Shown here: in pieces, positions 15,326-26,567 of the stretch | Position numbering within the stretch: position 1 is the first letter of the stretch | How the letters are laid out: every line of letters begins with the position of its first letter | DNA from: Wigglesworthia glossinidia endosymbiont of Glossina morsitans morsitans (Yale colony) | Lineage (GTDB): Bacteria; Pseudomonadota; Gammaproteobacteria; Enterobacterales; Enterobacteriaceae | Length of the DNA: 32,000 nt | Assembly: GCF_000247565.1 (NCBI RefSeq) | Contig: NC_016893.1 | Span: 1-32,000 of the forward strand | Reading direction: 5' to 3' | The notes under the pieces: generated by a model | Databases searched by the model: none | What the model was told of the DNA's origin: nothing | The model's input: the letters and a program-made list of their open reading frames with translations, nothing else | Program-made: the position numbers and the translations under genes

Positions 15326-15544
15326 TTATTTTTTTAAATTATAAGGATGACACTTTAACAATCTTTTGCACGCAATATATGTACCCCAAAAAATGCCTAA
15401 TTTTTTAATAGATTTAACTGCGTATTGTGAGCATGTTATTTTAAATCGACAATTTGATCCTAAAATTGGGCTAATAAAAATTTGATAATTGTATATTAAA
15501 AAGATAAAAAAATAATCAATTATAAGTAAAAATAATTTTGCCAT
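15326..15544 (-). CDS. yidD: Membrane protein insertion efficiency factor YidD
   Basis: 72-aa ORF; YQIFISPILGSNCRFKITCSQYAVKSIKKLGIFWGTYIACKRLLKCHPYN. Overlaps the 3' end of rnpA by 25 bp; sits between rnpA and yidC. Confidence 0.93.
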   Translation of the reverse strand: MAKLFLLIIDYFFIFLIYNYQIFISPILGSNCRFKITCSQYAVKSIKKLGIFWGTYIACKRLLKCHPYNLKK

Positions 15545-15867
15545 AAAATATTTAATTTTTTTTTCAGTACATGATTGTTATATTTTAATATATTTTTTTT
15601 AGGATATGCTAGAAAATCAGACTTTATTAAACTAAATTGATTTAACCGAAAACTTTCCTTTATTAATCTTTTAATACGATTTCTATCATGCGATAAATAT
15701 ATATATTTTTTTAAAACTATTAATCCGATACGAGGATGTACAAATATATTTCTGTGATAAAAAAAAATTATCCATGGTGAATAAATTTTTTTAGCATGTT
15801 TTAAAATAAAAAAAATTTCTCTTGATTTGGATATACGCATATTTTTAGAAAGCATATTTTTTTTCAT
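15520..15867 (-). CDS. rnpA: Ribonuclease P protein component
   Basis: 115-aa ORF; RIGLIVLKKYIYLSHDRNRIKRLIKESFR is the RnpA RNR motif; located between rpmH and yidD. The exact start among several in-frame ATGs is uncertain. Confidence 0.92.
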   Translation of the reverse strand: MKKNMLSKNMRISKSREIFFILKHAKKIYSPWIIFFYHRNIFVHPRIGLIVLKKYIYLSHDRNRIKRLIKESFRLNQFSLIKSDFLAYPKKNILKYNNHVLKKKLNILWQNYFYL

Positions 15868-15879
15868 TAAATAATTCCA

Positions 15880-16017
15880 TTATGCTACTATCAATTTAGT
15901 ACGATTTTTTGCGCGTCTTCTAGATAAAATTTTTCTTCCTGATTTAGTAGACATTCGAATTCTAAAGCCATGATCTCTTTTTCTTTTTAAAATAGACGGC
16001 TGAAAAGTACGTTTCAT
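15880..16017 (-). CDS. rpmH: 50S ribosomal protein L34 (absent from the supplied ORF track)
   Basis: Read directly from the reverse strand: [48 protein letters not shown] at 16017-16015, stop TAA at 15882-15880, 45 aa; too short for the ORF track. Confidence 0.97.
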   Translation of the reverse strand: MKRTFQPSILKRKRDHGFRIRMSTKSGRKILSRRRAKNRTKLIVA

Positions 16018-16467
16018 AATTTATATTAACCATTAAAAAACTGTTTATAAAATATAGCATATCTTGTAGTTCTTTTAAAAATTATTAAAATTAATATTTT
16101 AAATTTTTTCAATATATTTTTAATTTAGAAATAAGAAATATAATGTACTATATAAATTTAGTAAATAAAATATTATTATTTTGTTTAAATTGATAATATA
16201 TACAATTTTTATATGTGATTGATATGTTCAAAATAATTAGCAGGATTTTAATGTATCTATAATACTCAAAAAAACAGTATTACTAAAAAAAATATACTTC
16301 GTATATATTTATATTTTTAAAAAATTATATTGATGTGGTAGTCAGAAAATATTTTAATATAGTATTATTAATACATACTAACACATTTAAGAAATTTAAA
16401 TTTGATTTTAAAAATTTTTTTATAAAAAATGTATTATATAAATATTTAAATTGAAAATATTAAAACT

Positions 16468-17577
16468 ATGAAATTTCAAATTCAACGCGAACAAATACTA
16501 TCTATTTTACAAAAAATATATTTAGTTTCTATACAACGCGCTACAGCACCAATTCTTGAAAATATATTAATAAAAATAACAAATAAAACAGACCTTTTGA
16601 TTATAGGAACAAATTTAGATATTGAATTAAAAAAAAATATCAAACTAACATCTTGCTCAGAAAACGGAGAAACTACTGTATCTGCGAAAAAAATACTAAA
16701 CGTTATTAGAAGTTTTTCGCCAAAAACAAAGATTGATTTAATTTTAAAAAATGAAAAATTATTAATTTTTTGTAAACAAATTAAATTTTCTTTATCCACT
16801 TTACCTGCAAAAAATTTTCCTAGTATAAATATTCTAGATAATCAAAAAGAAATCAGTTTAATAGAAAATAACTTCAAAATGTTACTTGAATCTACTTATT
16901 TTGCTATGGCCAATCAAGATGTAAGATCATATTTAAATGGTATGTTATTTGAAATAAAAACTAATTGTATACACGTTATTGCTACAAATGGACATCGTTT
17001 ATCTAGAGCTAAATGTGCTATAAGTAGCAACATTGATTTTGATTATGCTATAATTATTCCGAGAAATGGAATTTTAAATTTGGTTCGTATTTTAGAGAAC
17101 ACAAATAAAACAGTGAAATTTAATATTTCAAAAAAATATATTTGTATTAGCGTTTCAGGATATACTCTCACTTCTAAATTATTAGAAGGTAAATTTCCTG
17201 AATACAACTACATTTTCGAAAAAAATTATTTAGATAATAATATAATATTAGTTGATTGTACAATGTTAAAAAATGCATTAAAACGTATTTCTATCCTTTC
17301 TGATAAATCAAATAGTATTATTTTAAGTTTAAAAAAAAATTGTATGATAGTTTATATAAAAAATATTTTTCATGAAAAAGCAGAAGAAATATTAGAAATA
17401 AATTATATCGGTAAATTTATAGAAATTGGTTTTAATGTAAGCTATATGCTTGATGCTTTAAATACAATAAAATCTAACAAAGTAAAAATATTTATTATTA
17501 ATTCTAAATCTAGCATTTTAATAGAAGATGAATCGGATTTCGCAATTAATCATATTATAATGCCAATTCGAATATAA
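16468..17577 (+). CDS. dnaN: DNA polymerase III subunit beta (sliding clamp)
   Basis: 369-aa ORF; MKFQIQREQILSILQKI, ATNGHRLSRAKC, C-terminal YVIMPIRI-like HIIMPIRI. Confidence 0.95.
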   Translation: MKFQIQREQILSILQKIYLVSIQRATAPILENILIKITNKTDLLIIGTNLDIELKKNIKLTSCSENGETTVSAKKILNVIRSFSPKTKIDLILKNEKLLIFCKQIKFSLSTLPAKNFPSINILDNQKEISLIENNFKMLLESTYFAMANQDVRSYLNGMLFEIKTNCIHVIATNGHRLSRAKCAISSNIDFDYAIIIPRNGILNLVRILENTNKTVKFNISKKYICISVSGYTLTSKLLEGKFPEYNYIFEKNYLDNNIILVDCTMLKNALKRISILSDKSNSIILSLKKNCMIVYIKNIFHEKAEEILEINYIGKFIEIGFNVSYMLDALNTIKSNKVKIFIINSKSSILIEDESDFAINHIIMPIRI

Positions 17578-17736
17578 TACAAAATTAGTAAATATAATTA
17601 TCGAATAAGCATACTTTATAAAAATAAAATATCAAAATTACTTTAAAAAATTTGATTTTTTTTAAATACTAACTAACAAAAATATCAATATATATTAAAA
17701 TAAAACTTTTAAAGTTTATTATACTAATTAAATTAA

Positions 17737-20193
<2,457 letters not shown>

Positions 20194-20328
20194 ATTAAAC
20201 GATTTAAAATTTTTAAAAATAAAGTTAAAATTTGTATTTTTTAAACTTTAATATTAAAATGTTAAGTGCAATAATTATTGTAAGTTATTTAATCTTAAAC
20301 TAAAAAATATTTAATATAAATAACTTTT

Positions 20329-22545
20329 ATGAAACAGTTAATTAATAATTTATTTTTTTTTTCTTTTTTAACATTATATGGAATAAAAGCATTATCTAAG
20401 GTAACTGGATGTGATAATTTTGATATACTTCAAAAAACTAAGCATACCAACTCTAGCTTACATCTAGAAAAAAATAAATTATATATTTATTCTGATTCTA
20501 TAAACATTGAATTTCCTAACAAATTTTTTTTTATTGGAAATGCAAAGATATATCAAAATAAATCTTTATTTTTTGCAAAAAAATTTAAAATAATAAATGA
20601 AAAACAGCGTACGTTGATTTTTGCCACGGACGATGTGAAATATATTTTTAATTCAGATTTTTATATAACAGGGGTAAAAGCATTTTTTGTTAAACAAACA
20701 GGTGATTTAGACTTCTATAAAATAAATTATCATTTTTTTAACGATAATATTTTTGGAAATGCAACTTTATTTAAAATTAGAAATGACAACAAGTTAGTTC
20801 TTTTAAAAAATGGATCAATAAGTATATGCAAATATAAATGTTACCTATGGAAAATTTCAGGATCAAAAATAATTTATAATCGCATAAAAAAAACAATAAA
20901 AATTTGGAATCCAAAAATATATTTTAAAAAATTTCCCGTATTTTATTTTCCTTATTTAAAAATAAATTTAAATAATAATTTTAATCACTTTGTACCTAGT
21001 ATAAATTATAATAACAAATCTGGATTCTCAATATTATTTTCATATCAATCAAATTTGTTTAAAAACTATTATTTTTATATTTTTCCAAAATATACAACGA
21101 ATCATGGTTTTGAATTTAATAACAAATTATTTTATACAAATAATTTAAATAAACAACAATACGTAAACTTTCGTTGGTTAAAAAGTAAAAAAAACAATGA
21201 TTATATTTGGTTTTTTCGCTGGAATTATGAAGAATCATTGAATAATAATATTAATATTAATGCACATTATTTAAATAGTAATAACTTATTTTATTTCATA
21301 AATACGTTTGAATTAAATAAAAAAAATTTCATTGAAAATGATATTGTTACACAGTTAAAATTAAATTTTTCCAATAAAAATTGGAAAATAGAATCAGCAT
21401 ATAGAAAATTTTATGTTTATACTGCAGATAAAGGCGCGTATAATACATCGCCGTACTTATATTTTAAGTATAATGTGAACGATAAAAATATGTATTTAAA
21501 TTTTCAACTATTTGGTGAATTAACTCAATTTCAAATAAAAAAAGATTTATTTTCTAAAATAACACGTACGCACATAGAACCAACTTTTTTTAATACTTTT
21601 TTTTATTCAGGAATTTCATTTAATAATGAAATAAAATTAATAATAATGAATTATTATGAATATAATTATAATAATACTTTTTTAAAAAAAGTAAATAAAT
21701 ATGCGCCTCAATTTAAAACAAATATTCACTTGTTGAAAAATATAATAATTAATTATAAAAGTTATTTCCAAAGTATGCAATTAAAATTTCAGTATGTATA
21801 TATGCCATATCATAAAAAAAATGATATGAAACTAAAATACGTTCCTTGCATGTTAAATATAGATTATTTTAATATTTCTAATAATATTTGCTATAATTAT
21901 TTAAATCCATTTTCTCATTCAAATAAAGCAACATTGGAATGGAAAACATATATTTATGATAATAAATATATCGAAAGATTTAATATGTCTTTTAAAAAGA
22001 TTTTGAATTTTGAACCGTCTTATACAAAAAAATTTCGTCATAAATATCCAAATTTTTTTGGAATTGCTAATTGGAAAATTAATAAATATTTAAAATTAAA
22101 TAGCGCTTTTCAATTAGATCAAATTAATAAAAGATTTTTGAAATTTGATACACAAATTATATATCAAAAAAATTATTATTCTTATTTTTTAGGATATCGT
22201 TTTTTAAGTCAATATTGGATAAATTATTTTCAATTAAATCAAAAAATACAAAATAATATTTATGAAATTCAATTTTCCGGAAAATTTCTATTAAAGAACA
22301 GATTCTTTATTTTAGCGTCAAATAGTTACAATTTAAATCCCATAAAATACTTAAAAAATACTTTTAACATAGAGTATAATGCATCTTGCTTTACATATAA
22401 ATTACAATATGAACAAAAGATAAATTTTCAAAAAAACGACTATAAAAAAATAGAACAAAGTATTTTTCTTAATATCGGTTTAAAACAATCAAATGATGTG
22501 TATTTACAAAAAATTGAATTAAAAAATAATATTAACGTGAACTAA
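20329..22545 (+). CDS. lptD: LPS-assembly protein LptD (Imp/OstA)
   Basis: 738-aa ORF, weakly conserved. An N-terminal OstA-like domain matches the E. coli pattern (LLKNGSISIC...WKISGSKIIYNRIKKTIKIWNPKIYFKKFPVFYFPYLKI), with IYDNKYIERFNMS, a long Tyr/Phe/Asn-rich beta-barrel-like C-terminus, and position directly upstream of surA. Confidence 0.85.
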   Translation: MKQLINNLFFFSFLTLYGIKALSKVTGCDNFDILQKTKHTNSSLHLEKNKLYIYSDSINIEFPNKFFFIGNAKIYQNKSLFFAKKFKIINEKQRTLIFATDDVKYIFNSDFYITGVKAFFVKQTGDLDFYKINYHFFNDNIFGNATLFKIRNDNKLVLLKNGSISICKYKCYLWKISGSKIIYNRIKKTIKIWNPKIYFKKFPVFYFPYLKINLNNNFNHFVPSINYNNKSGFSILFSYQSNLFKNYYFYIFPKYTTNHGFEFNNKLFYTNNLNKQQYVNFRWLKSKKNNDYIWFFRWNYEESLNNNININAHYLNSNNLFYFINTFELNKKNFIENDIVTQLKLNFSNKNWKIESAYRKFYVYTADKGAYNTSPYLYFKYNVNDKNMYLNFQLFGELTQFQIKKDLFSKITRTHIEPTFFNTFFYSGISFNNEIKLIIMNYYEYNYNNTFLKKVNKYAPQFKTNIHLLKNIIINYKSYFQSMQLKFQYVYMPYHKKNDMKLKYVPCMLNIDYFNISNNICYNYLNPFSHSNKATLEWKTYIYDNKYIERFNMSFKKILNFEPSYTKKFRHKYPNFFGIANWKINKYLKLNSAFQLDQINKRFLKFDTQIIYQKNYYSYFLGYRFLSQYWINYFQLNQKIQNNIYEIQFSGKFLLKNRFFILASNSYNLNPIKYLKNTFNIEYNASCFTYKLQYEQKINFQKNDYKKIEQSIFLNIGLKQSNDVYLQKIELKNNINVN

Positions 22546-22626
22546 TTTGAAACTATAAATTTTTTAATATATAATATATTCAAATTAAGAATAAATAAAT
22601 TTTTAGATAAATAATTACAAAATAAA

Positions 22627-23822
22627 ATGCTAAAAAATATATTATTTAGCTTATTTTTATATATCTTTTATATTAAAAATGCTTATACTAAACTTCAAAT
22701 TCTGGATGAAGTATCTGCGATTGTAAATCAAGATGTCATCTTAAAGAATGATGTAGATATGATATTAAAAAAAAATTCTTCATATTTACAAAACAGTGCA
22801 CATTCAGAATCTATTCAAAATAATTTGAAAAATGAAATTTTAAATTATTTAATATGCGACTATATTATAAAAAATAGTACATCACAAAATTCTTTATCAC
22901 CTGATATTTATAGCACTGAAATTTTTAAAAAAATAAATGAAAAAATTTCTGAAATTTATATTAAATATCATGAAATAAAAAGACAAATTAATATTGATTT
23001 CTATGAATTAGATAGTTTAAGTAAAATAATTTTTTTACGAGAAAACAAGATATTATTAAATCTTGCACATTTTATAATACCATTAATACATGATACATCA
23101 ATTAATAAAATAAATGAATTTAAAAAATCTCAAATATATATATTAAATTTAATTAAAAATCAAAATGTATCAAAAAAAAAATTATAAAATACTTGTATGC
23201 ACATAATTTTAAACAAGAATCATATTCGGGATGGCAAAATTTACAAAATTTGCCAAAATCACTACATATGATTTTTTTAAATGCATATCAAAAAAAAAAC
23301 AAAATAGTTTTAATTATTTTAAATAATAATTTACATATATTTCATATACGCGATATCAAATATAAAAAAGAAATTACTTTTTCTAGGCATATCAGACATA
23401 TATTAATTATTCCAAATAGAACATCTAATGAAAATGACACTTATAACAAATTGTTAAAAATTAAAAATTATATAGAATCTGGAAAAATAAGTTTTGAATA
23501 TGCAGCAAAAAAGTATTCTCAAGATTTAAGATCATTAAAACAAGGAGGTGATCTAGGATGGAAAATTAATCATAAATTTAATTTATTTATTTTACAAAAA
23601 ATAAATTATCTAAAAAAAAATAATATTACTATGCCGGTTAGATCTGATTTAGGATGGCATATTATTCAATTAGTCGATATAAAAGCATACGATAATACAT
23701 ATAAAAAATATTTGTCAAAAGCGTATAAAATTTTATTTTTAAAAAAAATTTCTGAAAATATACACTATTGGCTGAAAACAGAATATTTGCTGAATTATAT
23801 AGAAAAAATCAACCCTATATGA
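22627..23822 (+). pseudogene. surA: Peptidyl-prolyl isomerase / OMP chaperone SurA, split by a frameshift at an A10 tract (possibly rescued by slippage)
   Basis: ORF 22627-23187 carries LNLAHFIIPL..., the SurA N-domain and start of parvulin domain 1. ORF 23193-23822 carries RHILIIPN...GKISFEYAAKKYSQDLRSLKQGGDLGWK...MPVRSDLGWHIIQLVD, which is parvulin domain 2. The two halves join collinearly if one A is added to, or two A's removed from, the A10 run at 23172-23181. Confidence 0.88.
23172..23181 (+). repeat. Homopolymer A10 tract at the surA frame break
   Basis: Sequence tc-AAAAAAAAAA-ttataaaatac. In the upstream frame it reads S K K K L stop; in the downstream frame it is open (I I K Y L Y A H N F K Q E S). 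Confidence 0.95.
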
Positions 23823-24805
23823 AAAAAATTCCTAGAATTGTCATTACACCAGGAGAACCAGCAGGGATTGGACCAGAACTAGTTGCGCTAATATCACAAT
23901 ATAATTGGGAAGCAGAGTTAGTTATATGCTGCGATCCTGAATTACTAAAAAATCGTGCTGAAAATATTGGAATAAAATTAAAATTATATTATTTTAATAA
24001 AAATAGCCCTCCTCAATATACTCAGCCAAAAAAATTAGCAATATTACCGGTAAAAATCGCTCATACAGTTACCAGAGGGTTATTAAACATAAAAAATAGC
24101 AGTTATGTTATTGAAACACTAATACAAGCTTGTCAAGGATGTATAAAAAATGAATTTTCTGCTTTGGTAACTGGTCCTGTAAACAAAAAAATTATTCAAG
24201 ATAGCGGGATCTCTTTTATTGGACATACAGAATTCTTAACAAAAATAGCTAAGTGTCAACATTCAGTTATGATGTTAATATGCGATTCTTTACGTATTGC
24301 TTTAGCTACTACTCATATTCCAATTAAATTGGTTTCGAATACTATTACTTATTCTTTAATTCAAAGAACACTTATTACGATATGCAAAACGTTAATAAAT
24401 CAATTTCGTATTTCTTATCCATGCATATATGTTTGCGGTTTAAATCCGCATGCCGGGGAAAACGGTTATATCGGAACGGAAGAAATAAAAATTATTAAGC
24501 CAGCAATACAATCTTTAAAAACATTACCATGTAATATAATTGGTCCAATATCTGCTGATAGTTTATTTCAAAATAAATATCTAAAAAATGCAGATACTAT
24601 TTTAGCTATGTATCATGATCAAGGATTACCAATTTTAAAATATCTGGGATTTGGAAAATCAGTTAATTTTACCTTAGGATTACCGTTTATTAGAACATCA
24701 GTGGATCATGGAACTGCTTTAGATTTATTAAAACCATATGAAATTAATCATGGTAGTTTATATGAAGCAATTAAACTCGCGATTAATTTAAGTAAAGTTA
24801 AATAA
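23819..24805 (+). CDS. pdxA: 4-hydroxythreonine-4-phosphate dehydrogenase
   Basis: MKKIPRIVITPGEPAGIGPELVALIS, TGPVNKK, GHTEFL, CGLNPHAGE, MYHDQGLPILKY, LPFIRTSVDHGTALDL. The track starts at 23768; ATG 23819 gives the family start and a 4-bp ATGA overlap with the surA stop. Confidence 0.96.
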   Translation: MKKIPRIVITPGEPAGIGPELVALISQYNWEAELVICCDPELLKNRAENIGIKLKLYYFNKNSPPQYTQPKKLAILPVKIAHTVTRGLLNIKNSSYVIETLIQACQGCIKNEFSALVTGPVNKKIIQDSGISFIGHTEFLTKIAKCQHSVMMLICDSLRIALATTHIPIKLVSNTITYSLIQRTLITICKTLINQFRISYPCIYVCGLNPHAGENGYIGTEEIKIIKPAIQSLKTLPCNIIGPISADSLFQNKYLKNADTILAMYHDQGLPILKYLGFGKSVNFTLGLPFIRTSVDHGTALDLLKPYEINHGSLYEAIKLAINLSKVK

Positions 24806-24835
24806 AAATATTAATAGTATATAAAATTAAAAATT

Positions 24836-25621
24836 ATGTGTAAGCCAAAAAAAAAATTTGGACAACATTTTCTGTGTAATCATAATATAATCGATCAAAT
24901 CGTAAATTTTGTTAATCCAAGCTTTAACATAGAAATAATAGAAATAGGATCCGGATTAGGTGCACTAACCATACCGATATCTAAAAAATCTAAATTTTTT
25001 ACTATTATTGAAATCGATAAAAACTTAGTCTTAAAATTAAAAAATAATAAAAATATTCAATTAAATTTAAATATTATAAATCAAGATATTATGAGAATGA
25101 ATTTAGATCATTTTTTTATTAATTTTAATAAACCCGTAAAAATATTTGGTAGTTTACCATATAATATATCTACACAATTAATATATCGTCTTATCGAACA
25201 AACTGAAAAAATTTTTGACATGCATTTTATTTTACAGAAAGAAGTAGCTGAACGTATCTTGGCACAACCTAACAGTAAGAATTATGGGTACATGAGTATC
25301 ATAATGCAATACTATTGTCGTGTGGAAAAATTACTCGATATATCTAAAACATCTTTTATACCGATTCCTAAAGTAGAATCAACATTAATTCGTTTAATTC
25401 CAAATAAAATATTTAAGTTTCCTTATCAAGATTTCAAAAAATTTAAAATGATTATTAAATTAGCTTTTAACCAAAGAAGAAAAATATTAAAAAATAGTTT
25501 ATCAAAATATATATCTATAAAAGATTTTAAATATGTCAATATTAATCCAAATTTACGTGCTGAAAATTTGAGTATGCAAGAATACTATGATCTATCTAAG
25601 GTGTTTTCTCGTAAACATTAA
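24836..25621 (+). CDS. rsmA: 16S rRNA (adenine1518-N6/adenine1519-N6)-dimethyltransferase (KsgA)
   Basis: 261-aa ORF; KKKFGQHFLCNHNIIDQIV, EIGSGLGALTIPI, KIFGSLPYNISTQLI, VAERILAQP, AFNQRRKILKNSL. Confidence 0.96.
   Translation: MCKPKKKFGQHFLCNHNIIDQIVNFVNPSFNIEIIEIGSGLGALTIPISKKSKFFTIIEIDKNLVLKLKNNKNIQLNLNIINQDIMRMNLDHFFINFNKPVKIFGSLPYNISTQLIYRLIEQTEKIFDMHFILQKEVAERILAQPNSKNYGYMSIIMQYYCRVEKLLDISKTSFIPIPKVESTLIRLIPNKIFKFPYQDFKKFKMIIKLAFNQRRKILKNSLSKYISIKDFKYVNINPNLRAENLSMQEYYDLSKVFSRKH
24847..24856 (+). repeat. A10 homopolymer near the start of rsmA, in frame
   Basis: ATG TGT AAG CCA AAA AAA AAA TTT GGA; ten consecutive A's, reading frame intact. Confidence 0.9.
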
Positions 25622-25713
25622 ATATAATAAAAAACCTTTTATTCCAAAATATAAAAACAAAATGTTATTATAAATTATTATTTTTGATATTGTTAGAAGG
25701 AATTAAAATTTAT

Positions 25714-26532
25714 ATGTCAAGATATATTATCGGAGATATTCACGGATGCTATAAAGCATTTTTATCTCTTTTAAAATTAATTAAATTCAATTTTGAAAAA
25801 GATACATTATGGATTACTGGAGATTTTGTGGGACGTGGACCTAATTCGTTAGATGTTTTAAGATTTATATATAAATTTAGAAAAAATATTTTTGTTATTT
25901 TAGGAAATCATGAAATTAGTTTGTTACTTGCATATATAAATAAAAAAAAATTTAAAATTGATCCTCAATTCATGCAAATTATCCATGCTCCAGATTCCAG
26001 TACTCTTATACGATGGTTACGTAATCAACCAATTTTAAAAATTGATGAAAAAAATAAACTCATTATGGTACATGCAGGAATTCTACCAAATTGGAATTTA
26101 AATGATTTACTTAAAAATGCTAAAGACATCGAAAATAATTTAAAAAAAAAGCAATATAAAATATTTTTAAATAAAACATGTAAAAAAAATAATATATCAA
26201 ATAAAATTTGGCATGATAACCTTACGGAAGAATTTCGATTACAATTAAGTATAAATATTTTTACTCGAATTCGATATTGTTTTTCCAAATCTATAATAGA
26301 TATGCATCACAAAATTTCTCCTAAAAAAGCTCCGAATTTTATTAAACCTTGGTTTAATTTTTATAATACAGTACTTAATGAGTACAATATCGTTTTTGGA
26401 CATTGGTCATCTTTAGGTAATTATCCTACGCCAAAAAATATTTACAAGTTAGATACTGGATGTTGTTGGGGGGGCGAATTAACAGCGCTAAAATGGGCAA
26501 ATAAAAAATTTTTTTCAGTAAAATGTCAATAA
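25714..26532 (+). CDS. apaH: Diadenosine tetraphosphatase (symmetrical)
   Basis: MSRYIIGDIHGCYKAFLSLLK, WITGDFVGRGPNSLDVL, LGNHEISLL, FGHWSSLG, LDTGCCWGGELTAL. The track starts at 25684 (TTG); ATG 25714 with AGAAGGA at 25695-25701 is preferred. Confidence 0.94.
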   Translation: MSRYIIGDIHGCYKAFLSLLKLIKFNFEKDTLWITGDFVGRGPNSLDVLRFIYKFRKNIFVILGNHEISLLLAYINKKKFKIDPQFMQIIHAPDSSTLIRWLRNQPILKIDEKNKLIMVHAGILPNWNLNDLLKNAKDIENNLKKKQYKIFLNKTCKKNNISNKIWHDNLTEEFRLQLSINIFTRIRYCFSKSIIDMHHKISPKKAPNFIKPWFNFYNTVLNEYNIVFGHWSSLGNYPTPKNIYKLDTGCCWGGELTALKWANKKFFSVKCQ

Positions 26533-26567
26533 ATTAAAATAACTTTTTAAAATAAAAAATTGTTAAT

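Noticed and set aside
15520-15544. 25-bp overlap of rnpA and yidD considered as a possible frameshift or fusion
   Set aside because: Both proteins are complete with conserved motifs, and rnpA-yidD overlap is common in bacteria.
16018-16467. Possible oriC or degraded dnaA in the rpmH-dnaN gap
   Set aside because: I see no DnaA-box cluster, no 13-mer-like repeats and no DnaA-like peptide. Only near-matches such as TGTGGTAG occur, so I report the gap but not a feature.
16793-16801. TTATCCACT, one mismatch from the DnaA box TTATCCACA
   Set aside because: A single copy inside the dnaN coding sequence with no clustered boxes nearby; expected by chance and codon usage.
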